Shown: positions 19,651-32,431 of the stretch, piece after piece
How positions within the stretch are numbered: the stretch's first letter is position 1
How the letters are laid out: each line of letters begins with the position of its first letter
Sequence record: MK250021.1
DNA: 64,000 nucleotides
Reading direction: 5' to 3' (one strand)
Position numbers and translations under genes: made by a program
Notes under the pieces: model-generated
Databases searched by the model: none
Seen by the model: only the letters and a program-made list of their open reading frames with translations
Told to the model about the DNA's origin: nothing

Positions 19651-20907
19651 TTAAAATCTTATAAATGAAACTACTTTTGCTTTTACATTTGGATCTGCAA
19701 TCTTAAATACCTTGTCAGGATTTACCTATAACATAATATTCGATTCACCTTTATCTGTAACAGAAGAAGTCCAATATCTTCCTGAACCAATAATATCTTC
19801 AACTTTATTTAATTCTGGTAAAGTTGGCAAATATGCATGTTCTGTAATTTCTTGTTTTACCTCATTAATTTGTGCATCATTCAAACCGGTTAAATTCAAT
19901 TTCTTCATAGGTAATGATTTGGCAGCAGAAGCGGCATTGTTACCGTTATCAGAAAGAATGTTTGTATAAAATTCTCCTTTAACTTCTTCTTGATAATAAT
20001 AATTTGATCCTGCTGTAATCTATAATTTCTAACTAGCACCAACTAATTTCTTCTTGAAGTAATAATCATCATATACACCATTATTTCCTGCATTACCTAA
20101 TGTTACTGTTTCATCACTCATAACCATAAATACAGGTTTCTTATCTAATGTCTTATATGTAGTTAATACGCACTTAGCTATTGCATTCTATGCATCATTA
20201 CTTAATACCAAACCATCATTTTCATCCCATACTAAGAAATCACCGATATTTGCTTTCCTTAATGAATTACCAACTGTTTTAAAGTATGGTTTCATACTAT
20301 CATACTTTTCACCTATTGTTATAGGTTCTTCATCAATATCATCTTCCATAGATACATCATCATAATCTGGATAATCATTAGATGTTTCTTCTGAATCGAT
20401 ATTATCATCTTCTGAATTATCAACAACAGGTTCTTCATGTTGTTTAATAGAATCATCAAAACCTCTACTTACTTTAACTGGTTCATCAACAACTTCTGGT
20501 TCATCATCTACTGTATCATCCGTTGAAACATCATCATAATCCGGATAATCTTGCTTTACAGGTTCTTGTGAAATTTCACCATCAAATTTACCACCATTTT
20601 CAACATATAATTTCTATATTGATGTTATATCACCACCTGCATTTATATATGCGTCACCAATATTTTTATATGCTTTCAACTTATCAATATCAGAAATATT
20701 ATGTGGACATTCAACTTTCATAGTAAGCAAACCTGCAACATATTTCTGAAGAAGGATTTCCTTTGAGTCTTTCTTCATAACTCGGGCATCTTCACCTAAT
20801 GTTGAACGCATACGACTTGACATAGAACTCATAGAAGCCCAAATCTTCGGATCTATTGTTCTCTATACACGTGCTTCGTTTAATATATTATTTTTAAATG
20901 TTCTCAT
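19651..20907 (-). CDS. Acidic-repeat protein with C-terminal YLPTLPEL...YWTSS (DUF1566/Lcl-like) motif, 418 aa in code 15
   Basis: Joins track ORFs 20614-20832 and 19726-19908 through TAG; starts MRTFKNNILNEA. Confidence 0.65.
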
Positions 20908-21082
20908 TTAATATTAAAATAATTATTTTACTTATGATATTTATCTTTTATAATAAAATAAGAGATTTAGAATTAAATAATTCAATTATAGCATATTCAT
21001 ACAAAAATAGGAGTAAACATAATTATCTTATATTTACTCCTATGTATTTATTTATTATTCTAAATCAAAAATTGCCTTAAAA

Positions 21083-22867
21083 TTAATTAAGTTCCAACCA
21101 AGTTACACGTTTGTCAAGTTTTGCAACAAGTTTTGCAAGAGCTTCGATTGTCTTCTCATTGTATACATCAATTGATTTCTCTACATCTTCACCAGCAAAC
21201 TGAACAGTGTAAGTTGTCTTACCGCCTGTAACATTAAGAGCAAACTCCTCATTAACATCTGCTTCTGCAGGAACTGTAATTGCAACATCGTTATCAGCAG
21301 AATTAACAGCAACTGCCTTATTTTCAACTGTTTGTAAACGTGTTTCGTGATCATTGAATGCATCTGCGATTACCTCTTCATCAGATACTAATTCACCTGC
21401 AACGTCAGCTGCAGTAGCAAGACCGGTTGCATTATTATTTGTACCTGCAACCCATTTACCAGAATCTGTATTCTTTGTAAGACCAACTGAACCAAGAGCA
21501 GAAGTCTTAACTTCAACTTCATGATTATCAACTGCAACAAAATTCTCAGAACCTGCCTTTACAGAAAGTTTAGGAAGTTCTGCATGTACTACTTTAATCT
21601 TACCATTTTCCTGTGAAACTGCAGATACATACTTACCTTCTTCTGCGTTATCTGTAACATCAAGTGCTTCAATTGCAGAAGTTGCAGCTTTTTCTGTAGT
21701 CTTGATAGACTTAGCTAAACTTGCAATCTGTGCATCAACCTTATCACCTTCAACAGCAACAGTATCATCAGTTGCAACAATAGCTTCAGCTGCAACACCA
21801 TTAGCTTCAAGATTAGCAGAATCAACAGTCAAATTACCATTTGCATCAACATGTACTCCCGATACATATTTACCATCACCAGCAGTTGCATCACTTACAG
21901 CATGTTTCTTAGCTTCAAGATCTTCCAATCTCTTATGAATACCAGTAGCTGCTGTGCTTGCATCAGACGGTGTACCAATTTCTGCTTTATTATGAGCAAC
22001 ATCTGCAATAAGTTCTTTACCAGTTTCAGTTTCATCTACCTCTTTAAACCAATCAATAACTTCAACTACCTTATTGATTACATTATCTTCATCAGGATTC
22101 TATACATCACCCATAATAGTTTCAATATTAGTGACACGTGTATCTAACTTACCTTCTGCTGTTGTAGCACGATCTGCTTCTTTAGCAATCTTTCCAAATG
22201 CAGTTTCCTAAGTCTTATCATCATCAACAGTGCCAAGAAGTTCTGCGGAAGCAATGTCGTCCTCTGAAATGGTTACTACTTTCTTATCAGAAACTGCAAC
22301 CTTTACATGACCGGTTTCTTTCTTTTCTACAGTTGTATAATCAGCATTCTCAAGTTCATCAATACGATCTGAAAGTTCACCTTCTGCTGTTGTAGCACGA
22401 TCTGTTTCCTTTGCGATAGCGCCAAATACAGTATCTACATCCTTTGAATCTGCTTTAGATCCAACAGTTGTTTCCAATGTAGAAACTCTATCAGCAAGGC
22501 TCTTAAGTTTAGTATCAGCTGAAACAGGAATATCAAGAGTCTTAACAGTCTTATCTGTATCAACATAAGAAACAGTAACAGTTGCTTCAGATTTAACTTC
22601 ACCTGTAATTCCATCAATATTAGCAGGAGTAGATTTAATATTTAAAATCTTTGAAGAAACAATCTTACCACGAGCAACGATAGCGCCTGTATTATTTGCT
22701 TCATCATAACCAAAATAAATAACACCATCATCAGGAGTTCCTACTTTTTCAAGTACCTTATCAAGTGTACCATAACCAAAGTTTACTTCTACACCATCGC
22801 CAGCAATAGGAGCACCAAATATAACAGGAGTATTATCCTTATTTGATTTCTTAATTGTAATAGCCAT
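21083..22867 (-). CDS. Fibre-like virion protein A, 594 aa in code 15
   Basis: Joins 22208-22867 and 21083-21928 through TAG; DRATTAEG coiled-coil repeats; ends VTWLELN. Confidence 0.7.
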
Positions 22868-22986
22868 ATTATTAATTAAGTTTTATATTTTATTTTTTAC
22901 TATAATATTTATTCAAAAAAATGGAGAAACATTAATAAAAACGTTTCTCCATTATATTAAAAATTAATTACTAAATTCTGTTAAAA

Positions 22987-24531
22987 TCAGAGTTCTTCCC
23001 ATGTCAAAAGACCAGCAAGATATGTGTCATTTGCTTGAAGTTGATTTAATGCAGTATTTAAACCTGTATAGAATTTATCATTAGCAACGTCAACAGTAAC
23101 TTCTGCTTCAACACCGTCCTTACTTGTTGTAAGTTTCAATGTATTGAACTGCTCGTTATCTGCTTTAGGAGCTTCAAGAGCAGCATCCTTTACATATGAA
23201 GCTTCAATAGCATTAACAGAAGCATCAGTCTTTTCAAGATGAGCACCAATTGATGTATCTTCTGCTTTAAGTTCGTCAAAAGTAGACTTAATTCCAAGAG
23301 AAGTATCAACATATGTTGTTACAGCATCTGCATCAAGTGATACAACACCATTCTCTACCTTAATATACTTACCATCACCCTTGAATGTTTCAAAAATTTC
23401 TGTAAAATCAAGATAAACATCAGAATCTTTCGCAGATTCAGTTTTTGACGGTTTTGTATTAAGAACAAGGTGTAAATATGAATGACCATATTTAATCTTA
23501 AATCCAAGACGTGCTTGTTCCCATGTACCATCCTGATTCTCTGACCATGGAAGCATTGCTGCAGATGTTACTTCATCACCGTAATTAACAGTTGCTGAAT
23601 TACCCCATTGATCTGAGTCACTACCATATACAATTTCTGGACCTCCTTCTTTAACATACTTAAATGTACATACATGTGCGCCAGATACCAAGAAATCCTT
23701 AGCAATATTGATCTTATCACCAACAGGAGAAACTGTGCCATCAGGAGCAGTTTGCATTAATTGATATTCAGCTGCATATGTTTTCTCGCCATCAGTTTGT
23801 TCCATCTGATCATCAGAAACTTTCTTAATTGCATATGTAGAAACTTTAAGTGCATCATCAACAACCTTTACTGTTGTATCATCAACTTTAACACCTACTG
23901 TATATGTCTGATAATCATTAGCACCCTTTGTAGGAGTTACTGTAATTGCACCATTTGCTGCTTCAGAAACAACATCGCTCTTAAGATGAGTTTCAATACC
24001 GGATACCGAAGTATCCAAACGAGTAGTATCTTCAGTATGAAGTGCTTCCAAATCATCAATCTATTTCTGAAGATTAGATTGAGCTGCTTTAATCATTTCC
24101 TGAACAGTTGCAGTATCAATAATATCAAACTCTGTTGTCCATGTCTTCGTCTTTGTTTGATTATCAACAGGATCTGTTGCACTACCGAACCATTTAACCA
24201 TTACCTTATCAGCAACTTTCTCTGTTGTAGATTCTACATATTTACCTGTTGATGGATCAAAATGTTTCTTTGCAACCTCATTTGTTGTAATATCAAGGAT
24301 CTTAGAAGATACAAGTTGATTACCAACAAATATCATACCGGAATCACCAGCAGCGTCATATACGAAACGTAATTTAGCGTCAGAATCTGCAGCATCATAA
24401 ATACCAATCACTTTGCCTTCATCAAACGCGCCACTCAAAAAGTGTACTTCCTTACCTGCAATAGTTGCATCAGCAACCTAATCTGTTAACTTTGTTGCTT
24501 CATTAGCACCATAAACCATTTTATTTGTCAT
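22987..24531 (-). CDS. Fibre-like virion protein B, 514 aa in code 15
   Basis: Joins 24061-24438 and 22987-24051; shares GxIxxGxxLVSSKILDI N-domain with A; ends LTWEEL. Confidence 0.7.
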
Positions 24532-24583
24532 ATTAAATTTTTATAGATTTAATTTTAATATTTATTAATGTTTTAAAAAATTA

Positions 24584-25549
24584 TTATTTATATATCTCTT
24601 CCCATTTCAATTGGTCTTCCACAATAGTCAATCTATCATTAATAGATGAATCTGTATTCATGAATTCATTTATATGTGAATCATAATCTTTAAGATCTAA
24701 TGTAACTGTCTTAATAAGACTACTATCAAGTGAATGTGTAACATCCTTAATTACTGTACCATCTTTCAATGTCAATACACCTTCAACTAAATCAATCTTA
24801 TCAATAGGTTCAGGCCAAATTTTCGCTTCAATCTTATTTGAATCCTTAACATAATTAAGCTGTTTCAAAACCATGTCAGTTACTTCAATCTTAGATGAAT
24901 CTGTTTGTTCTTCATCACCTTTAAATAAAGTGAATGTTTGTTTGAAACCATTCTCATATGTACCTGAATCCTTATGAATTGTATAATTATATTTGCCTTT
25001 ATCCAAATCATCGATTAACTGTACATAAGAAGTATCTATAGTATTGACTCTATCAAAAAGAGTATCAACAGAAGTATCTATAAATGTAAGATGTTCATTT
25101 ATATCTGTAATAGAAGTATCAATAACATTTAATCTTTCATATACATCATTAAATGAAGCATTCATTTTTTCTGTAATAGAAGAATCAAACTATTCTAGTT
25201 TTTCTTTTACTTCATCTAATTCTTTCTATGAAACAATATTTGTTTTTACAGTTGCAAGTTTACCAGAATCATTTACATATTTGAGAGATAAAGTTACAAC
25301 ACCATCTACTGAAGCAAGAGATATATCTTTAACTTTAGATGTAAGTTCAAGATCACCCAAGAAGATACCTGTAAGCAATTCTGAATTCTTAGACTTACCA
25401 AAATACAAAGTATGTGGATCCTTATTCTTAGTATTTACAATATCAACATAACGACCTTCTATGAACTCAACTTCATCATGTGGTTTACATTTTTTATTTG
25501 GGTCAAAAACATGTAATACATGCTGAGGTGGACGTATATCTTTATTCAT
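24584..25549 (-). CDS. Fibre-like virion protein C, 321 aa in code 15
   Basis: Joins 25226-25549 and 24584-25165; related N-domain, IDTS repeats; ends LKWEEIYK. Confidence 0.65.
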
Positions 25550-25660
25550 TTAAATATAACATGTTATTTTTATTATTTATTATAAAATAAAAAATGAGTA
25601 ATAATACTATATCATTACAATATAAAAATTATTATTCATTTTCCAATATTTTATTTTCAA

Positions 25661-27847
25661 TTATTCATTTCTATTTATATTATATTTATCTAAAAGATAA
25701 TTTGCAAAATCTTCTTTTTCCTATGTTTTATTATTAAATCTAAAAAAGAAATTAAGATTAAGACCTACTTTTCCACCTTGCAAATAATTAGTTGGCCAAA
25801 GTCTTACCATCTTATTCATTACATATTCCTCTATTGTCTTGAATCTATAATGATTTAACCTTGCATTTTCCCATGTACTATTATTTATTAAAATAGAATT
25901 CTATGTTAATTTACCGGCTGTAGTTACACAAACAACATCATGATTTCTTATCATACCATGTGGAGAATCAAAAGTTCCATTTTTTATACATGTCTTAACT
26001 ATAACTTTTGTATTAACTGAATGTCGATTTGTAATAGGTAAATAATCAGTAAATCTCTTTATTGAATAATTATTATCTTCGACCTTTAATATTTCTGAAT
26101 CTGTATATTGTCTCCAACAAACTCTTATTGTATTAATACCTCTGTCATTATACATATCTTGAGATAAAAATTCATGTATATCATTGCAATTTAATTCTAA
26201 AAATTCATCAATATCAAAATATGCGATCCAATCATATTCATCTTTATATGTATTATAACAATCTGTATATGATGGAATCTATGCTTCAAATTTTCCTCTC
26301 CAATCTTTTAATATTACATATCCAGAATCTATATAATCAGCAATAACATCTTCAAAATGTTCCCCGTCAATATCATTATTATCATATAAAACTATATTGT
26401 CAAATCCTATTGATTTATGATGTTCAACAAATTCTCTTATATAATTATTTTCCATTTTTCCTATACAGCATAATAAAACTTTTCCTGTATACCGTTTTAT
26501 CTCATTCTACATATTTAGATATTTTAATTTTATTGGACATACATCAACTAATTTCTATAAATCAATATTAAATGTTGAATTGTAATTTTCTTTCAATAAT
26601 AATAAATTATCTGTAGTTGTATCATCATTTATTAAATAAGGTTCATAATATGGTTTATTAATAGATAAAAAGAAATCTTCATATTTTAAATCTTGATCTA
26701 TACTCTCACCAATTGATACCCATATATTAGGAATTCTGAAAGTTTCTGAAATAATTAATCCGTGTAGACTTTCTGAAACTATAAAATCACATTCTCTAAT
26801 TTGCTTAATAATATCTTTCCATGATTTATATTTTTTAAAATTTATTATCTATACATTTTCATCATCTTTAAATTTAAATAATAATTCTGATTTTATATGT
26901 GAATGATGCGGTATAATTCCTAATTTATATTTTCTTAAAACATAAGGATTATAATAATATGGAATTAATAATGCAGGATCACCATAAATTTCAGGACATT
27001 CAATTCCAGATTCTATACATATTTCTCTTGTTTTTGGTCCACGAACTGCATGAACTTTATATGGCTTATTTTCTAATAATTTATATCTTAACATTCCTGA
27101 TCCCCACACTTCTGTGTATTCATTTATATACTTATCTATAAATATTGATCCAATCATTAAATAATTTGTTGTTAACTAATTATCATATTTTTTATGTTTC
27201 TTTCGTGTTATATTAGGTAAAAAAGAAAAATTTATATCATCACCAAAATTATTAACTCTTAAATTACCGTTTTTATATAAAAATACCCACCCATTTAAAT
27301 ATATTATATCATCATTATTTATGTCTTCAGTATAATCTACATCATTTAGGTTTGATACTAATGATACAGAAGAATTAGATTTTAAAATGTAACTAATTAT
27401 ATTATCTTTTACTTTACTTTCTTCCTTTGTTTTATCTTTAAACTATTTACTATTAATAATAACATTTTTATTTTTAATAATATCCTATTTCTCTTTAAGA
27501 ATTTCCTAAATTGGTTTTACTTTAGACTCAATAGTAGGTATCATGATATTGGAAACATAAGCATACGTTTCCTTATTTGTTTTTATATTGTTAATATTAA
27601 TTTTTGTATTATTTCCTTTATGTTCTTTTTCTTTATTATCATAATTAACAAATGTTTTCATATTAGGTTTCGTAACATTACCTAATATGTACTTATCAGG
27701 ATTATATGTACCTTGTAACTAATTTATATTATTAGTCACTGATGAGAATCCGTCCTAATTATAATAAACACCAGCATTCTAGGCGTAACTTCTATTTTTT
27801 GAAAAATATGCTTTATCTATCTTCTATACATTTTTAATTGGAAACAT
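25661..27847 (-). CDS. Polysaccharide pyruvyltransferase + GT2/GT92-like glycosyltransferase fusion, 728 aa in code 15
   Basis: NFGDDIN, AVRGPKT, YGDPALL, SLHGLII (pyruvyltransferase), then ENNYIREFVEHHKSIGFDNIVLYDNN...WIAYFDIDEFL...LNHYRFKT (GT); frame continuous through TAGs. Confidence 0.75.
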
Positions 27848-27971
27848 ACAGATATAAAATTATTTTAATATATTTATTTTAAATAGAAAAGGATAGACTA
27901 TTCTCTACGAACAATCTATCCTTAATTTAATATGAAAAACCCGAAATTAAGTTTTGAACTTAAGTTTATAT

Positions 27972-29231
27972 TTACTTATTCACTGCAAGAATTGCACATG
28001 AACTATTAACAAGGAGATTTACATTTCCCTTAAATTCATTAATAGTTCTCTTATCTGTATAACTCATTGCAGATCGCATATAATCAATCATATTATCAGT
28101 CCACTGTTTTACTGTTTCTTTCACTGTAATATACTTTGTACAACCTTCTGAAGTCTTTGTTTTTGCTGATGGATTAATTAACTTTTGAGCCTTCTTTGTG
28201 GACATTCCATAAGACTCTTTTGTAATAGTCTTCATATCCTTAATAAAGTCTTTTTTCTGTTTTTCAAGTTCATCTGAAATAACAGGATTTTCAGAATTTA
28301 ATCCTTCCCAAATATTAAGAATGTCTTCTACTCCATTATTAATAATACCATCTTTATAAAAATAAAGATAATGATTATTATAACTTTCAATATTCAATGG
28401 TGCTGTTGACTCAAGAAGTCCTGTAAACAAACTTCCAATCATTACATAATCTGCACCAAGACCTAATGCTTTAATTACATCTGCATAACCACGAATACCA
28501 CCATCTGCAACAAGGTAAGGATGTGACTTAAAATAACTTGTTGGATTATCATTTTCATCAAATCCCTTGTCAGCAATATTCTTATAATATTTACACTTAT
28601 CAATCAATGATGCAATAGGATAATGAATTGAAGAATTTGAAGTAGTTAAACACACGGATCCGCTTCCTATAGACAGTCTGATATAGTCCACGCGAGCATG
28701 CTTACAAATCCACTCATAAGTTTCAGGATTAGCGATATTACCTGTCATTACAATGAGTTTATAATTACTATTATCAGCAATATCCTTTGCCTTATTAATA
28801 GTCTCATACAAACTTTCCATATGGCCATTTGCTAAATCCACACAAATCCTATATGTTCGATTATATCCAGAAAATATTTCATCAGGTGACATCATCTTAT
28901 GATCAACAAAAACATATTCAAACTCTTTCAATGACAATGCAACCCAATCGCCATCATCCATAAATGGTTTAATATATTCCATACGTTTTACAATATCACC
29001 ATTTGGATCTGCTCCAATATTTCGTGGAATCATTGGATGAATCTTATTCAACTTCCAAATGTTAATATTATATTCATTCGTAATAGTAGACATAGGTGCA
29101 GTAAACAGTGGTAGATACTTATCATCTTCCACAAATGGATTACATTCCTTTCTACTCTTAATTGAACTAATAACAGCAGGTTCAATTGTCAAATCATTAT
29201 ATGAATACTTTGTATCTTTAATAATCGGCAT
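27972..29231 (-). CDS. IMPDH/GMP reductase family enzyme
   Basis: PLFTAPMS, VDLANGH, SIGSGSVCLTT, VADGGIRGYADVIKALGLGADYVMIGSLF. Confidence 0.85.
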   Translation of the reverse strand: MPIIKDTKYSYNDLTIEPAVISSIKSRKECNPFVEDDKYLPLFTAPMSTITNEYNINIWKLNKIHPMIPRNIGADPNGDIVKRMEYIKPFMDDGDWVALSLKEFEYVFVDHKMMSPDEIFSGYNRTYRICVDLANGHMESLYETINKAKDIADNSNYKLIVMTGNIANPETYEWICKHARVDYIRLSIGSGSVCLTTSNSSIHYPIASLIDKCKYYKNIADKGFDENDNPTSYFKSHPYLVADGGIRGYADVIKALGLGADYVMIGSLFTGLLESTAPLNIESYNNHYLYFYKDGIINNGVEDILNIWEGLNSENPVISDELEKQKKDFIKDMKTITKESYGMSTKKAQKLINPSAKTKTSEGCTKYITVKETVKQWTDNMIDYMRSAMSYTDKRTINEFKGNVNLLVNSSCAILAVNK

Positions 29232-29267
29232 TTTTATTCTTTTATTATTTCTAAATATTATATATAA

Positions 29268-30989
29268 TTAAATACTCTTTGTCTTATTAATTACCATTGT
29301 AATAAAATCATGTCTCTCTACATAATCCTTACTCTGACAATCATGTTTTACCAACAGATATGCATCGATAACTTTCTCTATAAAATCATGATCGTATCGT
29401 TTTTCAAGTCCCTCTTCAAAACCTGTTTCATATCCATTATTATATTCTTCTTGCAAATCTTTTTCTGTCATAATTATATTACTGTTTTATTTTATTACCA
29501 AAATACAATAGGACTATCACTTTGATTAGTAATCAATAATCTTCTATTAGTTGGACAAGATGGATAATCACTCAATCGATGAACACCGCCTACCATCATT
29601 CTTCTAGAATCTGAACATCCATAATGTGGTTGACAAAAATCATAATGAATACGAATAAACTTAAAATCATCATTAACTTCTACTGATGTAATAGACAATG
29701 AATCAACATTAATATAATGAGAATTTTCAATATTATTATTCAAACTATTATTATGCATCTTAATCCATTCCATATCATTCTTAATAGCTGAAGTTAAATC
29801 AATACTCAAAAACACAGAATATGTATCAACCATCTCTGGAGATTCATGGTCTGCTTCTGTAAAGAAATCAAGAAATACTCGTTTATCGATTATATCACCT
29901 TTCTTATATTCATCACGCATTGTAGCTACATGATCAATAACTAGATCGCTCTTATTCTTTGATTTATTTGAGTCTCCATGTTCATCTACCCATTTGATAT
30001 ACATGCCTCCTCTATTCTTAGGATAAAAAACTTTTGTCATAATTTTTATTTTAATCAGTTATATATTTTGCTTTATAAGTTTTATAATTATTAATAATAT
30101 TAATCCATTCTTCTTTTGTAAGTCCAGTTATTTCACAACCTTTTTTATAATCAAACATATTAATTTCTCCAGACATTTGAAGATGATAATATGCATCGAA
30201 TTTCTCTTCTGTAATTTCTACTTTCATATATTAATTATATTATTTGTTATTATTAATCATATCAATAAGTTTACCGACATTATCATAAAGTGTTCCCAAC
30301 TCATAAAATGCCATAAATTGATTTGATACTTTATGATATGTAGGATTACATACATTTATATCAATGAACAGATTTTCACAAAGGTTTGAAATATACATTG
30401 ATTTCTTATCTTTCTTTTTCGATATTTTTTCAGCTAATGGTTTCAATCGAGAATTTGCAAACTTAATTACGTCATTATAATAATTTACAATGCCCTGTTC
30501 ATACTCATAATCTGATACATATACAGTATTCTTATTTAATGTAAGAACATAATAATCAGAACACATATCAGATGTTCGTGTTACATGTAATTTATTATCT
30601 GCATTTGCAATTACACACATGAATGAAAGAACCAATGTTATAAATATATGTTTCATTTTATATTATTTTAAATTATTGTTTTAATTAACAATACAAAGAT
30701 ACATATTTTATTTTGAATAAAAAAATTAATATGAAATTATTTTACTAATTTGTGAACAATATCCAAACCATTCTTTACCTTTATATATAACACAGAAATC
30801 TCCATTTATATTAAGAACTCGTTGACCAGCAGAATTAAATACTGCTATAATTTCGCAATCGACAAAACCTTTATCACCTCTATCTTCGTTCATTAAATGA
30901 ATATTAATAATAGTTCCAACACGAATATCTCGTATAGTGAAATGCTTTTTATCAATATCGTCTTTATTATTTTTATTAAACTTAATCAT
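29268..30989 (-). CDS. Four hypothetical proteins (30989-30726; 30656-30240 with signal peptide; 30040-29495; 29471-29268)
   Basis: Co-oriented; two preceded by TATCTTTG promoters. Confidence 0.6.
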
Positions 30990-31112
30990 ATATTATTTTA
31001 TTAATGTTTATATAACAAAGATACATATAATTTTATAAAAAAGAAAAAGAGATACTATAAAAATACAGTATCTCTTTAAATTAAATTATTAATTAAACTT
31101 TCTAAAAACTTA

Positions 31113-32156
31113 TTACTTTACAGTAACAATAGCAACACGACCAAAATCATCATCCATACCATGACCTGTAGCATCAGTTACCTTAACACCACGAGACTCA
31201 AGATACTTCTTAACTGCTGTTGCACGAGCATCAGACAATGCCTTATTATGCTTCTTAGCACTCTTAGGTTCCTGAGATGCATAAGCGTCTACAACTACAG
31301 TTGTTCCTTCAGGAATTGCATCAAGTACAGACTTACACTTTGCACTCAAATTTGAGCTATTAAACTTAAATGGTGCAACAAATACATTCTGTGCAAAACC
31401 ACTTGCATTTATAACAGGTTTCTCTACAATCTTCTCAATTACCTGTGGCTCACGAGACTCAAGTTCATTAATCTTTTTATTAAGAGCATCAATCTCTGCC
31501 TGATCATAAAGCTTTGCCTTTGCAAATGAACGTGTTCCATTTGAATTCTTGAAACGATAAACAACACCTGCAGTAATCTCAAAACTACCATTCTTCTTTA
31601 CAAGCTTGCCATTATCAATATCATTCCATACAACAGAAGGATTTACAACAATACCCCATGCACGCTCCTTACCAAGATTAAAATTAAACTCTGCACCAGC
31701 ACGATAAGTCATCCAGTTATTATGATCTGCACCATAACCTGCAGTCTGATGACCCCAACCAAGACCTGTATAAACAACAGGTTCAAAGAACTTACGTGTT
31801 CCATCAAACTTAAATACATTAGCAAGATTTACCTTACCATAACCACTTACATTTACATAATCAAATGCAGTGTATGTATTATAACTACCATGACCTGTTC
31901 CAATAAGTGTACGACCTTCAATACCAAATCCCAACCATGGTGTTACATACTTATCTGCACCAACTACAATAATAGGTGCCATTGCTGTATGACCACTATA
32001 GAAATTGTCAAATGATGTAAGAACACCACCCTGAAGTGTTACTGAAACATTATCAGTAAACTTACTAGAACCTGCATAATCATTCTGTACCTGTGCATTA
32101 ATTGTACCAATTGCAAATGTAAACATTGCAATCAACATAAAAATAAACTTCTTCAT
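31113..32156 (-). CDS. ompA: OmpA-family outer membrane protein
   Basis: Signal peptide MKKFIFMLIAMFTFAIGTINA, beta-barrel-like alternating strands, C-terminal HNKALSDARATAVKKYLESRG. Confidence 0.8.
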   Translation of the reverse strand: MKKFIFMLIAMFTFAIGTINAQVQNDYAGSSKFTDNVSVTLQGGVLTSFDNFYSGHTAMAPIIVVGADKYVTPWLGFGIEGRTLIGTGHGSYNTYTAFDYVNVSGYGKVNLANVFKFDGTRKFFEPVVYTGLGWGHQTAGYGADHNNWMTYRAGAEFNFNLGKERAWGIVVNPSVVWNDIDNGKLVKKNGSFEITAGVVYRFKNSNGTRSFAKAKLYDQAEIDALNKKINELESREPQVIEKIVEKPVINASGFAQNVFVAPFKFNSSNLSAKCKSVLDAIPEGTTVVVDAYASQEPKSAKKHNKALSDARATAVKKYLESRGVKVTDATGHGMDDDFGRVAIVTVK

Positions 32157-32318
32157 AGTTTTTCTTTTAATTTAAAATTTGTTATTAACTAAAAAATTAT
32201 TTGTTTAAAATATTTGATTTATTAAAAATCATTATCATAATAATATATAATAAACTTCTTAAAAAGTTTACATTTTATAAAAATAAACTTCTTCATAGTT
32301 TTAGTTTTTATTTATACT

Positions 32319-32416
32319 AAAAACCTATATTTCTTGTTTCATAAATACATTATATATTAAATTTATATATAATTCATATCTCCACAAGCTTAAATTCGGT
32401 AAAACTCAACCCTATT
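32319..32416 (-). ncRNA. TnpB omegaRNA-like scaffold (shortened internal stem)
   Basis: Conserved 5' GGGTTGAG...GCTTGTGGAG and 3' GAAACAAGAAATATAGGTTTTT blocks downstream of tnpB. Confidence 0.7.
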
Positions 32417-32431
32417 TAATATTTTAAATAA

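Noticed and set aside
20366-20550. YPDYDDV resemblance to the HA epitope tag
   Set aside because: Different order, native AT-rich codons; coincidence rather than an engineered sequence
24584-25165. DTS repeats as Bacteroidetes O-glycosylation sequons
   Set aside because: The host sequon is D(S/T)(A/I/L/M/T/V); DTS does not fit, and these are more likely coiled-coil repeats
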